Below are positions 50,987 through 64,000 of a DNA stretch of 64,000 nucleotides, piece by piece; within the stretch, counting starts at the first letter, position 1, and every line of letters starts with the position of its first letter. The notes beneath the pieces were generated by a model. That model searched no databases. It worked only from the letters and a program-made list of their open reading frames with translations, and was not told the DNA's origin. The position numbers and the translations under genes were made by a program. The DNA lies in the NCBI GenBank assembly GCA_964016885.1, contig OZ024741.1, positions 372,310,001 through 372,374,000 of the forward strand, read 5' to 3'. Source of the DNA: Eledone cirrhosa (Eukaryota).

Positions 50987-51204
50987 TACGAGGCTGGGAT
51001 GAAAAGTTCATAGGCTGACTATGAAGGAGTGATGCTAGAGCTGTGAAATCTTGCATGCATTAATTTCAACTCTTCTTATCAATAACTGCGTTGTTTCCTT
51101 CCAGAGACCATGCTGAAAAATAAACTCATTTTATAATTCCATGAGAGAATCTTTGTCAGCCAATGAACTTTTCAGCCTATGAATTTTTAGACCGACCCTT
51201 GAAT
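50987..51204. mobile_element. Tc1/mariner-like MITE
   Basis: TACGAGG...TGAAAAGTTCATAGGCTGAC pairs imperfectly with GTCAGCCAATGAACTTTTCA; TA flank. Confidence 0.5.
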
Positions 51205-54200
51205 ACTACTCCTTTGAACTGGCAAGCATCGTGCCATCCAGGCCCATCACCAATGAAGGACGAGGAAGGAGCACTGGATAGTACTTACCCCTTACTTTCC
51301 AAGGTTCACACTCAAGACTCAAAAACATCTACGTTGATGTGCTTATTCTGAAATGTTGCATTAGAATTATTGCAAATTACTACCCAGAACATTCTAAATG
51401 CCATCCCCAGACCTCTGGTTACCTCTGCCTAACACTAATGGATTCATTTACCCTTCTTTATCAGACTGTTCTTACTGTGTTACACGCATTAAACCTTTTG
51501 ACATCAAACCGTTTCAACATGCCCCTGGCTCGATGATACAAAGCTGCTTATTTTAACGTGTTTATAGTTATCTAAAAACTTTCCTTCAGGATTTTATGTA
51601 AGAACCTGAGTTAAGTTATATTCCAAACACTAATTTAATAATGATAAAATTTGTTATATTACAAAATCCCTCCAAATTCTTGAATTCTTTGAAATTATTT
51701 GAATATCAATCGTAAGCAGTGTTTTTCATTAGAAATATGATAATGAAAGGGTTAAAGTGGCGAATTGGAAGAGTCATTAGAACATCAGATAGAATGTTTG
51801 GCGGTATTCGTTTTGGCTCTCTACTCTCTGAGTTCAAATCCCACCGTGGTCAAGTTTGCCTTTCATCCATTTAAGGTCCATAAAAAAAAACAAGCAAGTA
51901 CTGGGGATGGTTCTTCCTCTATATCACTTTCACACTTCCATTCTCTTACTCTATATCCTTCTCTCCCTCTCCCTCGGGAGTTACGAGATCTAAAAAAAGA
52001 ATGAAATGTTTAAACAATTATCATGCAGTCCTTTAGAATTCTCGCTCCTCCTCTCTTAAATCAATGCTTTTTTCATACGCGTGTCAAATTACAGACGTTA
52101 GAACTGAACATAGGCAGTTTGAAGTGATCGGTAGCAACCAAGGGCTAAGAGCACAAATGAATAAACAAAAACAGCTTAATAATCAAATGTGTGTTGGGAA
52201 TCCGTCGGATTCGACGACGAGCTTTCTAGTTAATACGATCAATGGAACAGCCTGCACGTGAAATCAACATCCAAGTGGCTGAGCATTTCACAGACACGTG
52301 TACACTTGACGTAGTTCTTATAGAGATTTGGCGTGATTGGCTTTTTGAACTACAGGTACAACTCATTTGTTGCTTGATGAGTGAACTGAAGTGATGCGAA
52401 ATAACGTGCCCTGCTCAAGGACAAAATACGCTACCGCAAATCGAACTCATGACCTTATAAACTTAATGGCCTCACTACTACGCCACGCGCCTAAATAATG
52501 ACAAATAATGATTTCTGATTTAGGCACAAGGCCACCACTTTGAAGGGTGGGGGGAGTCGATTAAATCGACCGCAGTGCATTACTGGTATTTTATTTTATC
52601 GATTCCGTAAGGTTGAAAAGCAAAGCTAACCTCGGCGGGATTTGAACTCAGAACGCAAAGGGCCGTTGCTTTATGCCACAAAACATGTTGTCCGATCCTC
52701 TACCGATTCTGCCATCCACCACCCTTCTAAATAATTGCAAATAATGGTTTCTTATATAGGCACCATGCCAGCAATTTTGGGGAGAGGGGAAAGTCGATTA
52801 AATCGACCTCAGTGCATGACTGGTACTTTATTTTATCGACCCCGTAAGGATGAAAGGCAAAGCTAACCTCGGTGGGATTTGAACTCAGATCATAAAGGGA
52901 CGTAACTCTACGCTGCAAAGCATGGCGTCCGACTCTCTACCGATACTGCCAATCCACCACCTTTCTAAATAATTACAAATAATAATTGGGTTTATTGACT
53001 GTGTATTAGAACAGACAGATGACCCGATCATTTGAACCTGGTACCTAGTTTCGGTCCTCAATTGTATTCGTGGCTCTTTCTTTAGGAAAGGGATCTAAAG
53101 CATCTTATAATTTTGATCCCAATTCCTCTATAATTCAAAATGATTGTGCTTATGTAAGAGATCATAAATAAGGACATTCTACGAAATAAAACAACAAATA
53201 CGGTATCAGTAAGCACTGAGTTACCACTTAAAGTTACTCACCTCTACCAACACTACCACCAAAGCCAATCCTATCCCTATTACCACCATTATCACATTCA
53301 TACGTATTTTAACAACGTCTTGGGGCTCCAGTTGTGATAACAATAGGGGTAATTGAGAGCAAGCTGTTAACCTACCAGACAAAAACTGATAAAATACTGG
53401 GTGGGTATTGAATATGGAAACTGTTATCACGCAAACATATCATACAACTAAACTAACATATACATACACACACTGTATATATACAACATACATATATATA
53501 TACACATACATATATATACACATACTGTACATACACAAATATACAGGCATATACATGCATACTTACATAAAATTACACGCACACGTCAATACACCATCAC
53601 CTACATGCACATACACAAATACACAGGCATATACATGCATACTTAAACGCACACATCAACACACCATCACCACCTACATGGACATACATAAACATACATG
53701 TATTCATCAAACAAATAATACATATAGTGCTGTTGTTCATTTATGCATATCTGCACAGACATCGACACACGTACTTGTATCTACATGCGTCGTGTGTATA
53801 TTCCCAGAAGTACGTACAAATATTTATACACACTTACACACATGGACAAGACTAGCAGGACTTTCAGAAACCAAACACAAATGTATGCAAACAGATACAT
53901 TTATAATCGGGCAATAAAATGAGTGGATCACACATTTATACAAGTATAGGGTGAGCCAAGGGTCATGAAAGAGTTTCAAAATGTAATAACAAGTTCAGTG
54001 GTTAGACAGTTTCGTTAGACCGTCGGACAAAATGCTTTGCGGCCCGATACGTTCCGAGTTCAAATCCCACAAAGGTTAAATTTGCCTTTTATCCTTACGG
54101 GGTCGATAAAATAAAGTACTAGTAATGCACTGAGGTCGATTTAATCGATTTCCCACCTTTCCCTCAAAGTGCATGCCTTGGGCAAAAAGTAGAAACAAAT

Positions 54201-54764
54201 ACTTAATGACTCCTCTTTTGTGATTTTGTTTGGGGGGAGGGGGGATTCCTAACGTCGTATACAGTGTATAGGGGAAATATAGAGACATGAGTTGTGAAAT
54301 CTGACGTCACGTCAATGACGTTCGAAAAATTATTCAAAATTTATGATAATTTGAGACACCCGCCTGACTTTTGGACCATCCTGTGTATATATATATATAA
54401 CTGTTTCTACTTTTGGCACAAGGCCAGCAATTACCCAGTACGTTACTGGTACTTTATTTTATCGACCTCGTAAGGATGAAAGGCAAAGTTAACCTCGACA
54501 GGATTTGAACTCAAACCGTAAAGGGACGTAACTATGCTAGAAAGCATGGCGTCCAACCCTCTACTGATACTGCCAATTCACCGCCTATATATATATATAA
54601 CTGTTTCTACTTTAGGCACAAGGCCAGCAATTACCCAGTGCATTACTGGTACTTTATTTTATATATATATATAACGGCGATGAATTAGTTTTGCGAGGTT
54701 TTTGATATGAATTATCTGTTATTAATTCTGGGAATATTACACAAATATGACCCTCCCCAAGTAT

Positions 54765-54845
<81 letters not shown>

Positions 54846-55056
54846 TGTAAATATGATAATAATGGAGCTGCGGCGTTGCAAATGGGCCATATACCTCAGG
54901 TTGGTGCGAACAACGGCTAAAAAAAGTCGTTGGGACACGTAAATAAAGAGAACGTTAGGGTGAACAAACAAAATGGTTTACGCAACAGAAAGTGAGAAGA
55001 AAGAGACAAGTCCCAGATTTCTATGAATATAAACTCGATAAAATCGTGAACTAGAG

Positions 55057-55129
<73 letters not shown>

Positions 55130-55194
55130 TATTTACGTCCCGATTACCTACTAACACTTCATTTTTAGTAACCACACAGCCTCGGCTCTGTATT

Positions 55195-55272
<78 letters not shown>

Positions 55273-55391
55273 TACACGGGTGTGCATGATTGTGTATAGA
55301 AGATTATATTAATAAAAGGAATTCCAACTTTGTCTGATTTACTCGTTTACTGGACAGTTGAAAATTGCAAACTTGACTGTCACCACACATT

Positions 55392-55432
55392 ATGAACCTG
55401 AAGATTGCGAAAGCATGAAAGTACTTGTTCAA
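55392..55432 (+). ncRNA. Hammerhead ribozyme
   Basis: TGAAC-CTGAAGA-T-TGC GAAA GCA-T-GAAA-GTAC-TT/GTTCA, with palindromic stem III AGTACT. Confidence 0.8.
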
Positions 55433-55543
55433 TTAACACTTAATATTTAATTTTCTACCATACTATTTCATTCTAATACCATTATAAATGTTAAAGGATT
55501 GTAAATAAAACGAGTAAATCAGACAAAGTTGGAATTCCTTTTA

Positions 55544-55636
<93 letters not shown>

Positions 55637-57821
55637 TAGATGAGAGGAACAAGCAAACATTAAACAATCTTTTAAATAAATTAAAATATGATTTAAATAT
55701 TCACCTGTCCAAAAAGCTATTACCGACGGTTTCGCTTCACAAACGATTGGAAATTCAGAGAATTTCCAACGGAAAGATCACCTCTTCAGATAGCTATTTC
55801 CATTCTATAGAACGTAAAGTCTCACAGTTTGTAAATATATCGCTTACTGCCCGAAGTATGAGGTCAAGCCGTTAAAGTGACCCACACATAAACAGGCCGT
55901 TAGTAAAAGTGGGATATTATAGACTTGTTATTTGCCACGGCACTAAAAATAGCAGCAAGATACAACGTTTTTTTCTCTACACACAGGGAGAATATACATA
56001 AAATGAGATTAATATCCCCACAGGTACTAAGTACCTACGGCAATATATAGGGTGTCTATAATACATTTGTTGTTCAATGGTACTCATTTGAGATACCAGA
56101 ACTATAAAATTGAGATGAGCGGAACAAGCAAACGTTAAACAATCTTTTAAATAAATTAAAATACGATTTAAATATTCACCTGTCCAAAATGTTATTACAT
56201 ATATATATACACAATGATATTAAATAAATGGAAACTATATTTATAAAACCATATTTATTCTATTATATATATTTCAAGGGTACGCTATCATCAGATCATA
56301 ATTTTGGTACGCTATCATCAGATAAAATACGAAGTGTGTTTTATAAATTTTGACATAACCAAGGAGAATATACCTTAACGGTTCAAGTTATCCTTGGATA
56401 GTGAAGGGATAAGAGAAGAAAAGTCAGATATTTCAAATTATTAAGATGAGTATGCAAATGAGGTTTAGGTAAAAGGGCTGAAAAAAAACGTTATTTTAGA
56501 CGCTATGGAAAATTTAAATAATTATGATAAGTTATTGTATGCGTAGGAAATAAGAAAAAGGAAGAAGAGCTAGCATTTACGTTAATTTGGGGGTAAAAAT
56601 TTATTTACTTATAATATTGTATATATAATCAATTAGATTACATGAAGAATTATAGTTGTAAGTATTTTTATCTTATTACATTACAATAGGTTATATGTAT
56701 ATAAATATGTATATATATATTAATAAATTGCGTATGTATTAGTTGTTTATATATCAAATATGAGCTACGAAGGATGTTAATTTTGTATTTTACTTAAAAA
56801 TAGGTGGTTCAAGTTGTGAGAGTAGAACAATTTGTGGATTCAAAAATTTTGTTCAACATTGAAAATTTTTTCAGAATATTGTTAATTTAGCGAAGCTATA
56901 CAGATTATCAAACATCATATGTTTATGTTTGCACTACTAATTTAGCTATACAGATTATCAAACATCATATGTTTATGTTTGCACGATTGAGAAAGGAAAG
57001 ATAACTCCAATTTTGTTTGTTAACCATTAAATTAGATGAATGATTTACTCCAAAATTTATAGAGAAAATTATATATTTTGTGTGGGATCCATTATTTTAG
57101 TGGAAAGATGTGTGAATGTTTGAATAACAAAAAGAGAGAGGAAAAATGTAATGTGTTTTTCGAAGATCTATCGTAAAGAGGATAAATTTTCAGAATGTCA
57201 TTTAAAGATTATCAATCTACATCTAAAAATATATTTAGAGGAGTGTCCTTAGAAAAATAATGTCGGAATTAAAAATAATGTCAGAATTAAAATAATGTCG
57301 CAAATTAAATCATTAAATATATATATTAAAAATATTATAAATATTAGAGATATTAAACATTTTTAGAAATATAAAAAATATTAAAAAAATATATAAATAT
57401 CAAAAAATATTAAAAAAATATTAAATATATATATATATATATATTATGTGTCTCTTGGGTTGAAAAGGAGGTCAAGTATGTTATAAATAGTTGCTCCGAA
57501 GAATCCAAACCTCGGTTTGGAGGAAACAATTGTAAGCAAATAAATGCATTAAACTGAACTTTGATTACTGTAATCTATATATATATATATATATATATAG
57601 TAATAATAATAATTAATGACGTATTATATTCGTTTTTTCCCGTTCTTAGCCAGCGAACGTTTCCACGAACCAAAGTATCGTCTTCCTGTCTTCCTCCGGC
57701 TGCAACGTTTTTTGAAATATCCAGTTCTGCGTTTACAGATTGACTTTGTTAGTTTCAGAAGATCCCGTTAAGGGTGAAAGCAGTGATTCTTTGCTTAAAC
57801 TTTAATCTGTTATTTTAATAA

Positions 57822-57874
<53 letters not shown>

Positions 57875-58030
57875 TATATATACATATACGCACATATACA
57901 ATCATATGCAGAGGCATACATACATACATGCATACATATATATATACATGTGCGTAGGTATGCTTGTATGCATGTATGTATGCATGTATGCCTCTGCATA
58001 TGATTGTATATGTGCATATATGTATATATA

Positions 58031-58091
<61 letters not shown>

Positions 58092-58093
<2 letters not shown>

Positions 58094-58680
58094 TGGCTGC
58101 CAACTCGTTTTCGAGTACGGCCACTACCTTATATCCATGTAGGAGAACCCCTACTGATGTGCTGAACGAGTGACTTTTTAGTCCAGCCAGCGACTTGAAA
58201 ACTCTGGTACAAAGACTACACTTGTGACAATTATTGACACATAGTGTTGGGCCCATGGTACCATGTGACGACAAGTGCAGAGAGATCTCCAGATATAAAG
58301 CAATGCCTGTGCCGTGAAGCTTTTATAGTGAGCAAAGGCACTGCACAAAGCCAGTCCCACTCTCTTAACCAAGATGATATTTACCAAAAAGAAGAACAAG
58401 TCAACATCATTGGATACCATCAGGGTTGCAGGTGTTATATCAGAGTTTTCCTTCTCCTAGAATTCTGCCTTGACAAAGGCTAAGGGGTCATCTCTCCCGG
58501 TGATTTTGGATGGCCATTGACTCTTAAGAGCTCCTTTGCCCTTTGACAGGTTTTGTTTTTAGTCCTGCAGGATGTCCAAAGTCACCCTCCTCACCAAGAA
58601 ACCTTGGTGGGGTTGCCAGTTTAGTCGCCAACGACCCGACCATGAGACAGGTTGTACTGGGATACATGTTACCAGTAGCC
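58092..58680 (-). mobile_element. Second copy of the 21947-22505 element
   Basis: Reverse complement match along its length, with matching ORF-track peptides. Confidence 0.7.
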
Positions 58681-58704
58681 ATATATATATATATATGTAT
58701 ATAT

Positions 58705-58737
<33 letters not shown>

Positions 58738-59910
58738 CATATACGCACATATACAATCATATGCAGAGGCATACATGCATACATACATGCATACAAGCAT
58801 ACCTACGCACATGTATATATATATATATATATAAACATACATGTTCAGCTGATCAGTTTCTGCTTTAGCTGTTAAATCCCGCGGGTGAAAGAGGCTTGAT
58901 GTGGAGCCGGATAGCAGGAGGACCCTTTGGCTCCATCCGAGAAAAGAAGCCTACAAAACATGGCTTGGTTATATGTCTCCCTTCTTGCAGTTGTGGTATA
59001 AGCAGACACGAAAAATCGCAGCAGAAACAGTAAAGGCGTCCAAAGTTAAGACATGAGAAGACTTTGGGTTAAGCTGGAATTCGACTTCAGCAAATTTCGA
59101 GATCAGCAAATAAAATGTTCTGGTTGACTGTCTTGGGTTTTCCTCTTTTCAGAGAAGTGCATCCTCGCGAGGTGGAGAGAATACGTTGCCGATCTCCTGA
59201 ACCCGATCTCAACATCATCTTCTGGTGTACACGAGGTGTATTTTGGAGCGATGATTAATTTCTCAAATATGGCCAGGCCGCTGGAGTAGCTGAAATCCGG
59301 CCCGTGATGTTAAAAGTCTTAAATAAAGAATGTATTCTCTGGCGGACTCCTATGTACCGGATGGCCTGGTACCTAGGGGTGAATATACGAGCGTGTGTGT
59401 GGCAATGGACGGTGTAAGCGTGACGGAGGCAGGGGTAGAGAAGAAGTAAGCACGAACATACGTGTGTAATATTAAAGAAATTGGAGAGGGGAGTTGAGTC
59501 CATTGGGGAAACATGACCCAAGGCGGAAAATCAGACTTTCTATATATGTAGTTTCTGAATTTGTTTAGCAAGATTCTTTATCTGAAACCGATATTGTTAT
59601 ACTTTGAAAGAACTTTGACAATATATGAACAACCGTCCGGTTGTGGAATCAACCAACCAACCAACCGAAAATTTATAAAATTTTTTAGAAGCAAATTTAA
59701 AAAAAAACTTTTTTTGAAAAAAATGTTTAATTTATAATAAATTGGAGTGTGAGTTTCTTAAACTGGTGCGTGAGTTTCTTATTGCCTACATGACCCTCCC
59801 AAAGTATAACAATATATATATATATGCATACATATATATAGATACACATATGCATACATATATATATACATACATATATTTATACATACATGTGTATATA
59901 TATACATATG

Positions 59911-59943
<33 letters not shown>

Positions 59944-59961
59944 TCATACATACATAACTAC

Positions 59962-59995
<34 letters not shown>

Positions 59996-60089
59996 GTATA
60001 TATACATATATATATATGTGTATATACATAAAATAAATGGACACATACTCACACACACACAGACAAACACATCTTCGTACATCCATACA

Positions 60090-60133
<44 letters not shown>

Positions 60134-60345
60134 CTACATTAGTACATGCGCACAAACATGCATACAATAAATGTATATACACCTACTATTAGGCAAAAAA
60201 GACTGTTTAATCACTCGAGTAAGCTGAATGATTATCGATATACACAAAATATACATAGATACGGAAATATCTATGTTCTAAGTGCATATATGTATAAAAC
60301 GCACACAAACGCCAGGAAGAATACATACATATATACATACATACA

Positions 60346-60421
<76 letters not shown>

Positions 60422-60811
60422 TGTATGTATGTGTGTATGCGTATGTGTGAAAGAAAGTGAGAAAGGCCAATGAAGTTAAGCAAGTGGTTTTAGATCGTGG
60501 GTAATTGTTTAATTGTTTGCAGGTTGTATTTGAGTAAGCAACAGAAATGAGATGTAAAGTGTATTGGAAATGTAAACCTTTCGTCGTAATACTTTTTTTT
60601 TGTAGAAATTCGCTTTAGAGGTTTGTTCAATAATATGGGATACACAACATAATATAATAAATAAAAGCTTAAAGACCCTCATTGGTCATGAATGACCATG
60701 GGTTTTGCCCCTACAAATTCTTCTCCGGGGTACAAGTCTGGTTAAGGATATTTGTGGGGGACAAGCAGTCGCCCATGGTTTCCTCTCTCCACGCCACCGA
60801 CGTTGTCCAAG

Positions 60812-60897
60812 GGAAAGGCAATGGCCGATACAGGAAAAGGCAATGGCCGATACAGGAAAAGACAATGGCCGATACAGGGAAAGGCAATGGCCGATAT
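60812..60897. repeat. 22-bp minisatellite, about 4 copies
   Basis: GGAAAGGCAATGGCCGATACAG units. Confidence 0.9.
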
Positions 60898-61368
60898 AGA
60901 TAGTTTCAAATGATTCATCTATTAACGGTGAAATATATTTCTTCAATGGAATATATACAGAGGAGATTAATCAATATTGCAAAATATCTATATTCAAAGT
61001 TCTCGTTAAATTTTAATATGTTACCTCCGTAACTATGTGTTTACACCCTTTACAAATTATCCCCTGTCAATGGTTGATATGTTTATTTTATATATGTCAA
61101 TCGACCTTTAATTTAATTGGATAGCTGTAACGGAGCTGATTCTAATATGTTGCAGTGCTGTGTTTTAGTGCAGCAACCCGTCAGACAATGTTAGTAGCCC
61201 TGCAAAGTTATGGAGGCTGATAGAGTCGTAGCATTTTCTTTTTATATGTGTAATTCGTCTTGTTACGTCCCATGTGCCCTGGAATGAATACTATCTTCTT
61301 TAACGCCCAGAAGTCTTCTTTGTCTTGTGTACACCCCCTTTTTATCCCCCCCTCTCTCTATATATATA

Positions 61369-61786
61369 TGGAGTCTGTGCTGCTGTACGGGCCTGAGACT
61401 TGGACACTGACCAAGAAACTCACTCAGATGGTGGATGGGTGCTACACGAGAATGCTGAGGATGGCTCTGAACATTAATCAGTATACACTGAGGATGAAAA
61501 ACTCAGAGCTGTATGGGAGCCTCCCAAAAGTCAGCTCAAAAGTGACACAGAGGAGACTGAGGTTAGCTGGACATGCTCACCGACATCCAGAGTTGACATT
61601 GCACCCAGTGCTCCTGTGGGAGCCCCTACATGGACACACTGGAAGAGGAAGACCAAGGTTAACGTATGTTGATGCTCTAAGGACAGACACTGGTCTGTTG
61701 GAGACACAGGACATGGCAGCGGTAATGAGGGACAGAGACCGCTGGAGAGAACTCGTCCACGGATCTCGGGAATTTTACCCGCCCTA

Positions 61787-61787
<1 letters not shown>
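61369..61787 (+). mobile_element. RTE-like LINE, C-terminal fragment with open frame, inserted in (TA)n
   Basis: ESVLLYGPETWTLTK...RRLRLAGH...VLLWEP...RGRPRLTYVD...RDRDRWR, typical RTE post-RT motifs. TA repeats on both sides. Confidence 0.85.
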
Positions 61788-61838
<51 letters not shown>

Positions 61839-61990
61839 GAGTATTTCAATTTATAATTGTATATATATATAATGTATACATGCACGAATGTATCAATTGA
61901 TAATTGCATGTTTTTAATTATATATAAATACATTCACGCACACACACACGCATACAGACGCACAGACACACAGACACACAGACACACACA

Positions 61991-62063
<73 letters not shown>

Positions 62064-62150
62064 GCAAGGAAAACAGAAATAATAAAGCAAACAACACAGC
62101 ACAATGAAGAAATATATTATTAGTTTTACTCTTGAAAAAGTAGGAAAACA

Positions 62151-62188
62151 GTCTTGACGTTTCGAGTGGCAGTCTTTCATCAGAAAAT
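62151..62188 (-). ncRNA. Degenerate minimal hammerhead motif (GAAACGT family)
   Basis: CTGATGA..CTC-GAAA-CG-TC/AAGAC. Relatives at 27127-27165(-) and 42327-42364(-; CTGGTGA-A-GGAC AAAT GTCC-GAAACGTA). Confidence 0.5.
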
Positions 62189-62316
62189 AGAAGGAGTAAT
62201 TAAAGAAGAAATAGAAAGGTAGAGGAGAGTGGGCAGTAGCAGAAACGAGAAAGAGAGGGTGGGGGGAGAAATGGGTAAGTAATAGAGAGCACGGGGAGTG
62301 AGCTAGCGGAGTGAGA

Positions 62317-62411
<95 letters not shown>

Positions 62412-63942
62412 GAAAAAAAAAGATATTGTGATTTGTTCTTACAAGTAAATATATTTTCCCCTGTAAACAGAACCTGTTTTGGAACTCCCCCTCCCCCCTC
62501 AACATATGCTTACAACGGCGTCTTCCCCCTTTTACTTAGTCTGACTTATCTCCTTACTAATTGCACATAACATTCTATACAGTAAAGTACATTTCTCTTA
62601 TATACACTTTTCTTTCTTTATATACTTCCTAATTTTTCTTCTCACTCTCCTCACAATCTTTCTTCCATTTTACATTCTGTTAGAAGTTGGGTTTATTGAA
62701 GGGTGGCAGAGAGGAGTGATCGTTCTATCTCTCTCTCTCTCTCTCTCACAAATATCTATGTATGTATATATGTATGTATGCATGTATGTATGTGTATGTG
62801 TGTGTGTGTGTGTGTGTGTGTATGTATTTGTAAATGTATGTATGTATATGTGTTTGTATGTATCTATGTATGTAGGTATGTGTGTGCGTGTGTGTGAGTG
62901 TGTGTGTGTGTATTTGTAAATGTATGTATATTTGTATGTGAATGTATGTGTGGATGTATGTATGTATTTGTAAATGTATGTATGTATATGTTTATGTATG
63001 CGAGAATGTATATATGTATTTATGTATGTATGTATGTATGCGTGTATGTATGTATTTATGAATGTATGTATTTGTGTATGTATGTATGTATGTATGTATG
63101 TATGTATGTATGTATGTGTGAATGTATGTATGAATGTATGTGTACGTGAATGTGTGAATGTATGTATGAATGTATGTGTGCATGAATGTTTGTATGTATG
63201 TGTGAATGTATGTGTGTATGTATATATGAATGTATGTATGTATGTGTGAATGTATGTGTGTATGTATGTATGTATGTATGTATGTATGTATGTATGTATG
63301 TATGTATGTATGTATGTTTGATATAACCGCGGATGTCTGTTTACATACGTATATCTTTTTGTATACATTTTTAATTCTTTTAACTTTTTAAATCCTTTGT
63401 CTTTAAATCCTCCATCTCTCTTGTATATCCTCGGATGTACAAGTGTGTGCTTTTGCATATATATTTTAACTTTTTTTTAACGGTGTGTACACGTGTGCAC
63501 GGGGACAGGAAATACCTAGGTTGGCGTCCAGGCGCAGAGATAGCCCGCTGGGAGTGAGATTCCCCCCTTAGATGTTGTCACAGCACTTCTCTAGGAGAGG
63601 GAAACTCCGAATAAACACCTGCGGTGTTGAGGGTATCCGATGATGTTGACCAGTTCTTCTTTTCGGTACATGCCCTCCATGTTCAGAGAGTGGGATTAGT
63701 TCTGTGCAAAGCTTTTCCTCACTTTAAAAGATTTCAAGCACAGGCATCGCCTGATCGATTTAAACAAATAATTTGTTGCATTGTGGCTGGCCGTAGCCAA
63801 AAAAGCAAAAATATTCAATGATGAACCATGATAATGTACAAATTAATGGCAATGGGGGCTCTGAAATTTATGGTGTAAGGGTCTGGCCCGGCAGGTGTCC
63901 CATGGCACCGCAACATGGGCCCGATCGTCATCCTGTCACTGA

Positions 63943-64000
63943 GAAGAAGAAGAAGAAGAAGAAGAAGAAGAAGAAGAAGAAGAAGAAGAAGAAGAAGAAG
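63943..64000. repeat. (GAA)n tract running off the window end
   Basis: Direct observation; possibly a retroelement tail. Confidence 0.95.

Noticed and set aside
57750-57792. CAGAAGA-T-CCC GTTAA GGG-T-GAAA as a hammerhead (also 23570-23600 minus)
   Set aside because: The core is altered and I could not find a convincing stem I, stem III or cleavage triplet, so it was not counted.
58860-59520. GC-richer stretch with short minus-strand ORFs
   Set aside because: No recognisable domain; probably a decayed retroelement ORF1, but this is not supportable by eye.

Overview
AT-rich, microsatellite-saturated eukaryotic (animal) genomic DNA. The repeat landscape resembles octopus/cephalopod sequence, but this is recalled and not verified. 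Only one host coding exon is recognisable: the homeobox-containing last exon of an NK3/bagpipe (Nkx3-2-like) gene at 25774-26288 (+). There is also an identical, divergently oriented pair of tRNA-Ser(TGA) genes. Almost all long ORFs in the ORF track are translations of microsatellites. The rest is mobile DNA: Penelope-like element (PLE) RT/GIY-YIG fragments, RTE-type LINE fragments, tRNA-derived SINEs, hAT MITEs with 8-bp TSDs and two non-autonomous Helitrons. The most notable unannotated signal is about 29 minimal type-I hammerhead ribozyme (HHR) motifs (about half with a canonical core) from at least 10 sequence families. They include a U3-A8 core variant and compensatory stem II changes. 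Most sit in short modules embedded in (TA)n tracts, often as fold-backs with both RNA-sense 3' ends pointing outward into the (TA)n. All structures were read by eye; none was computed or tested.
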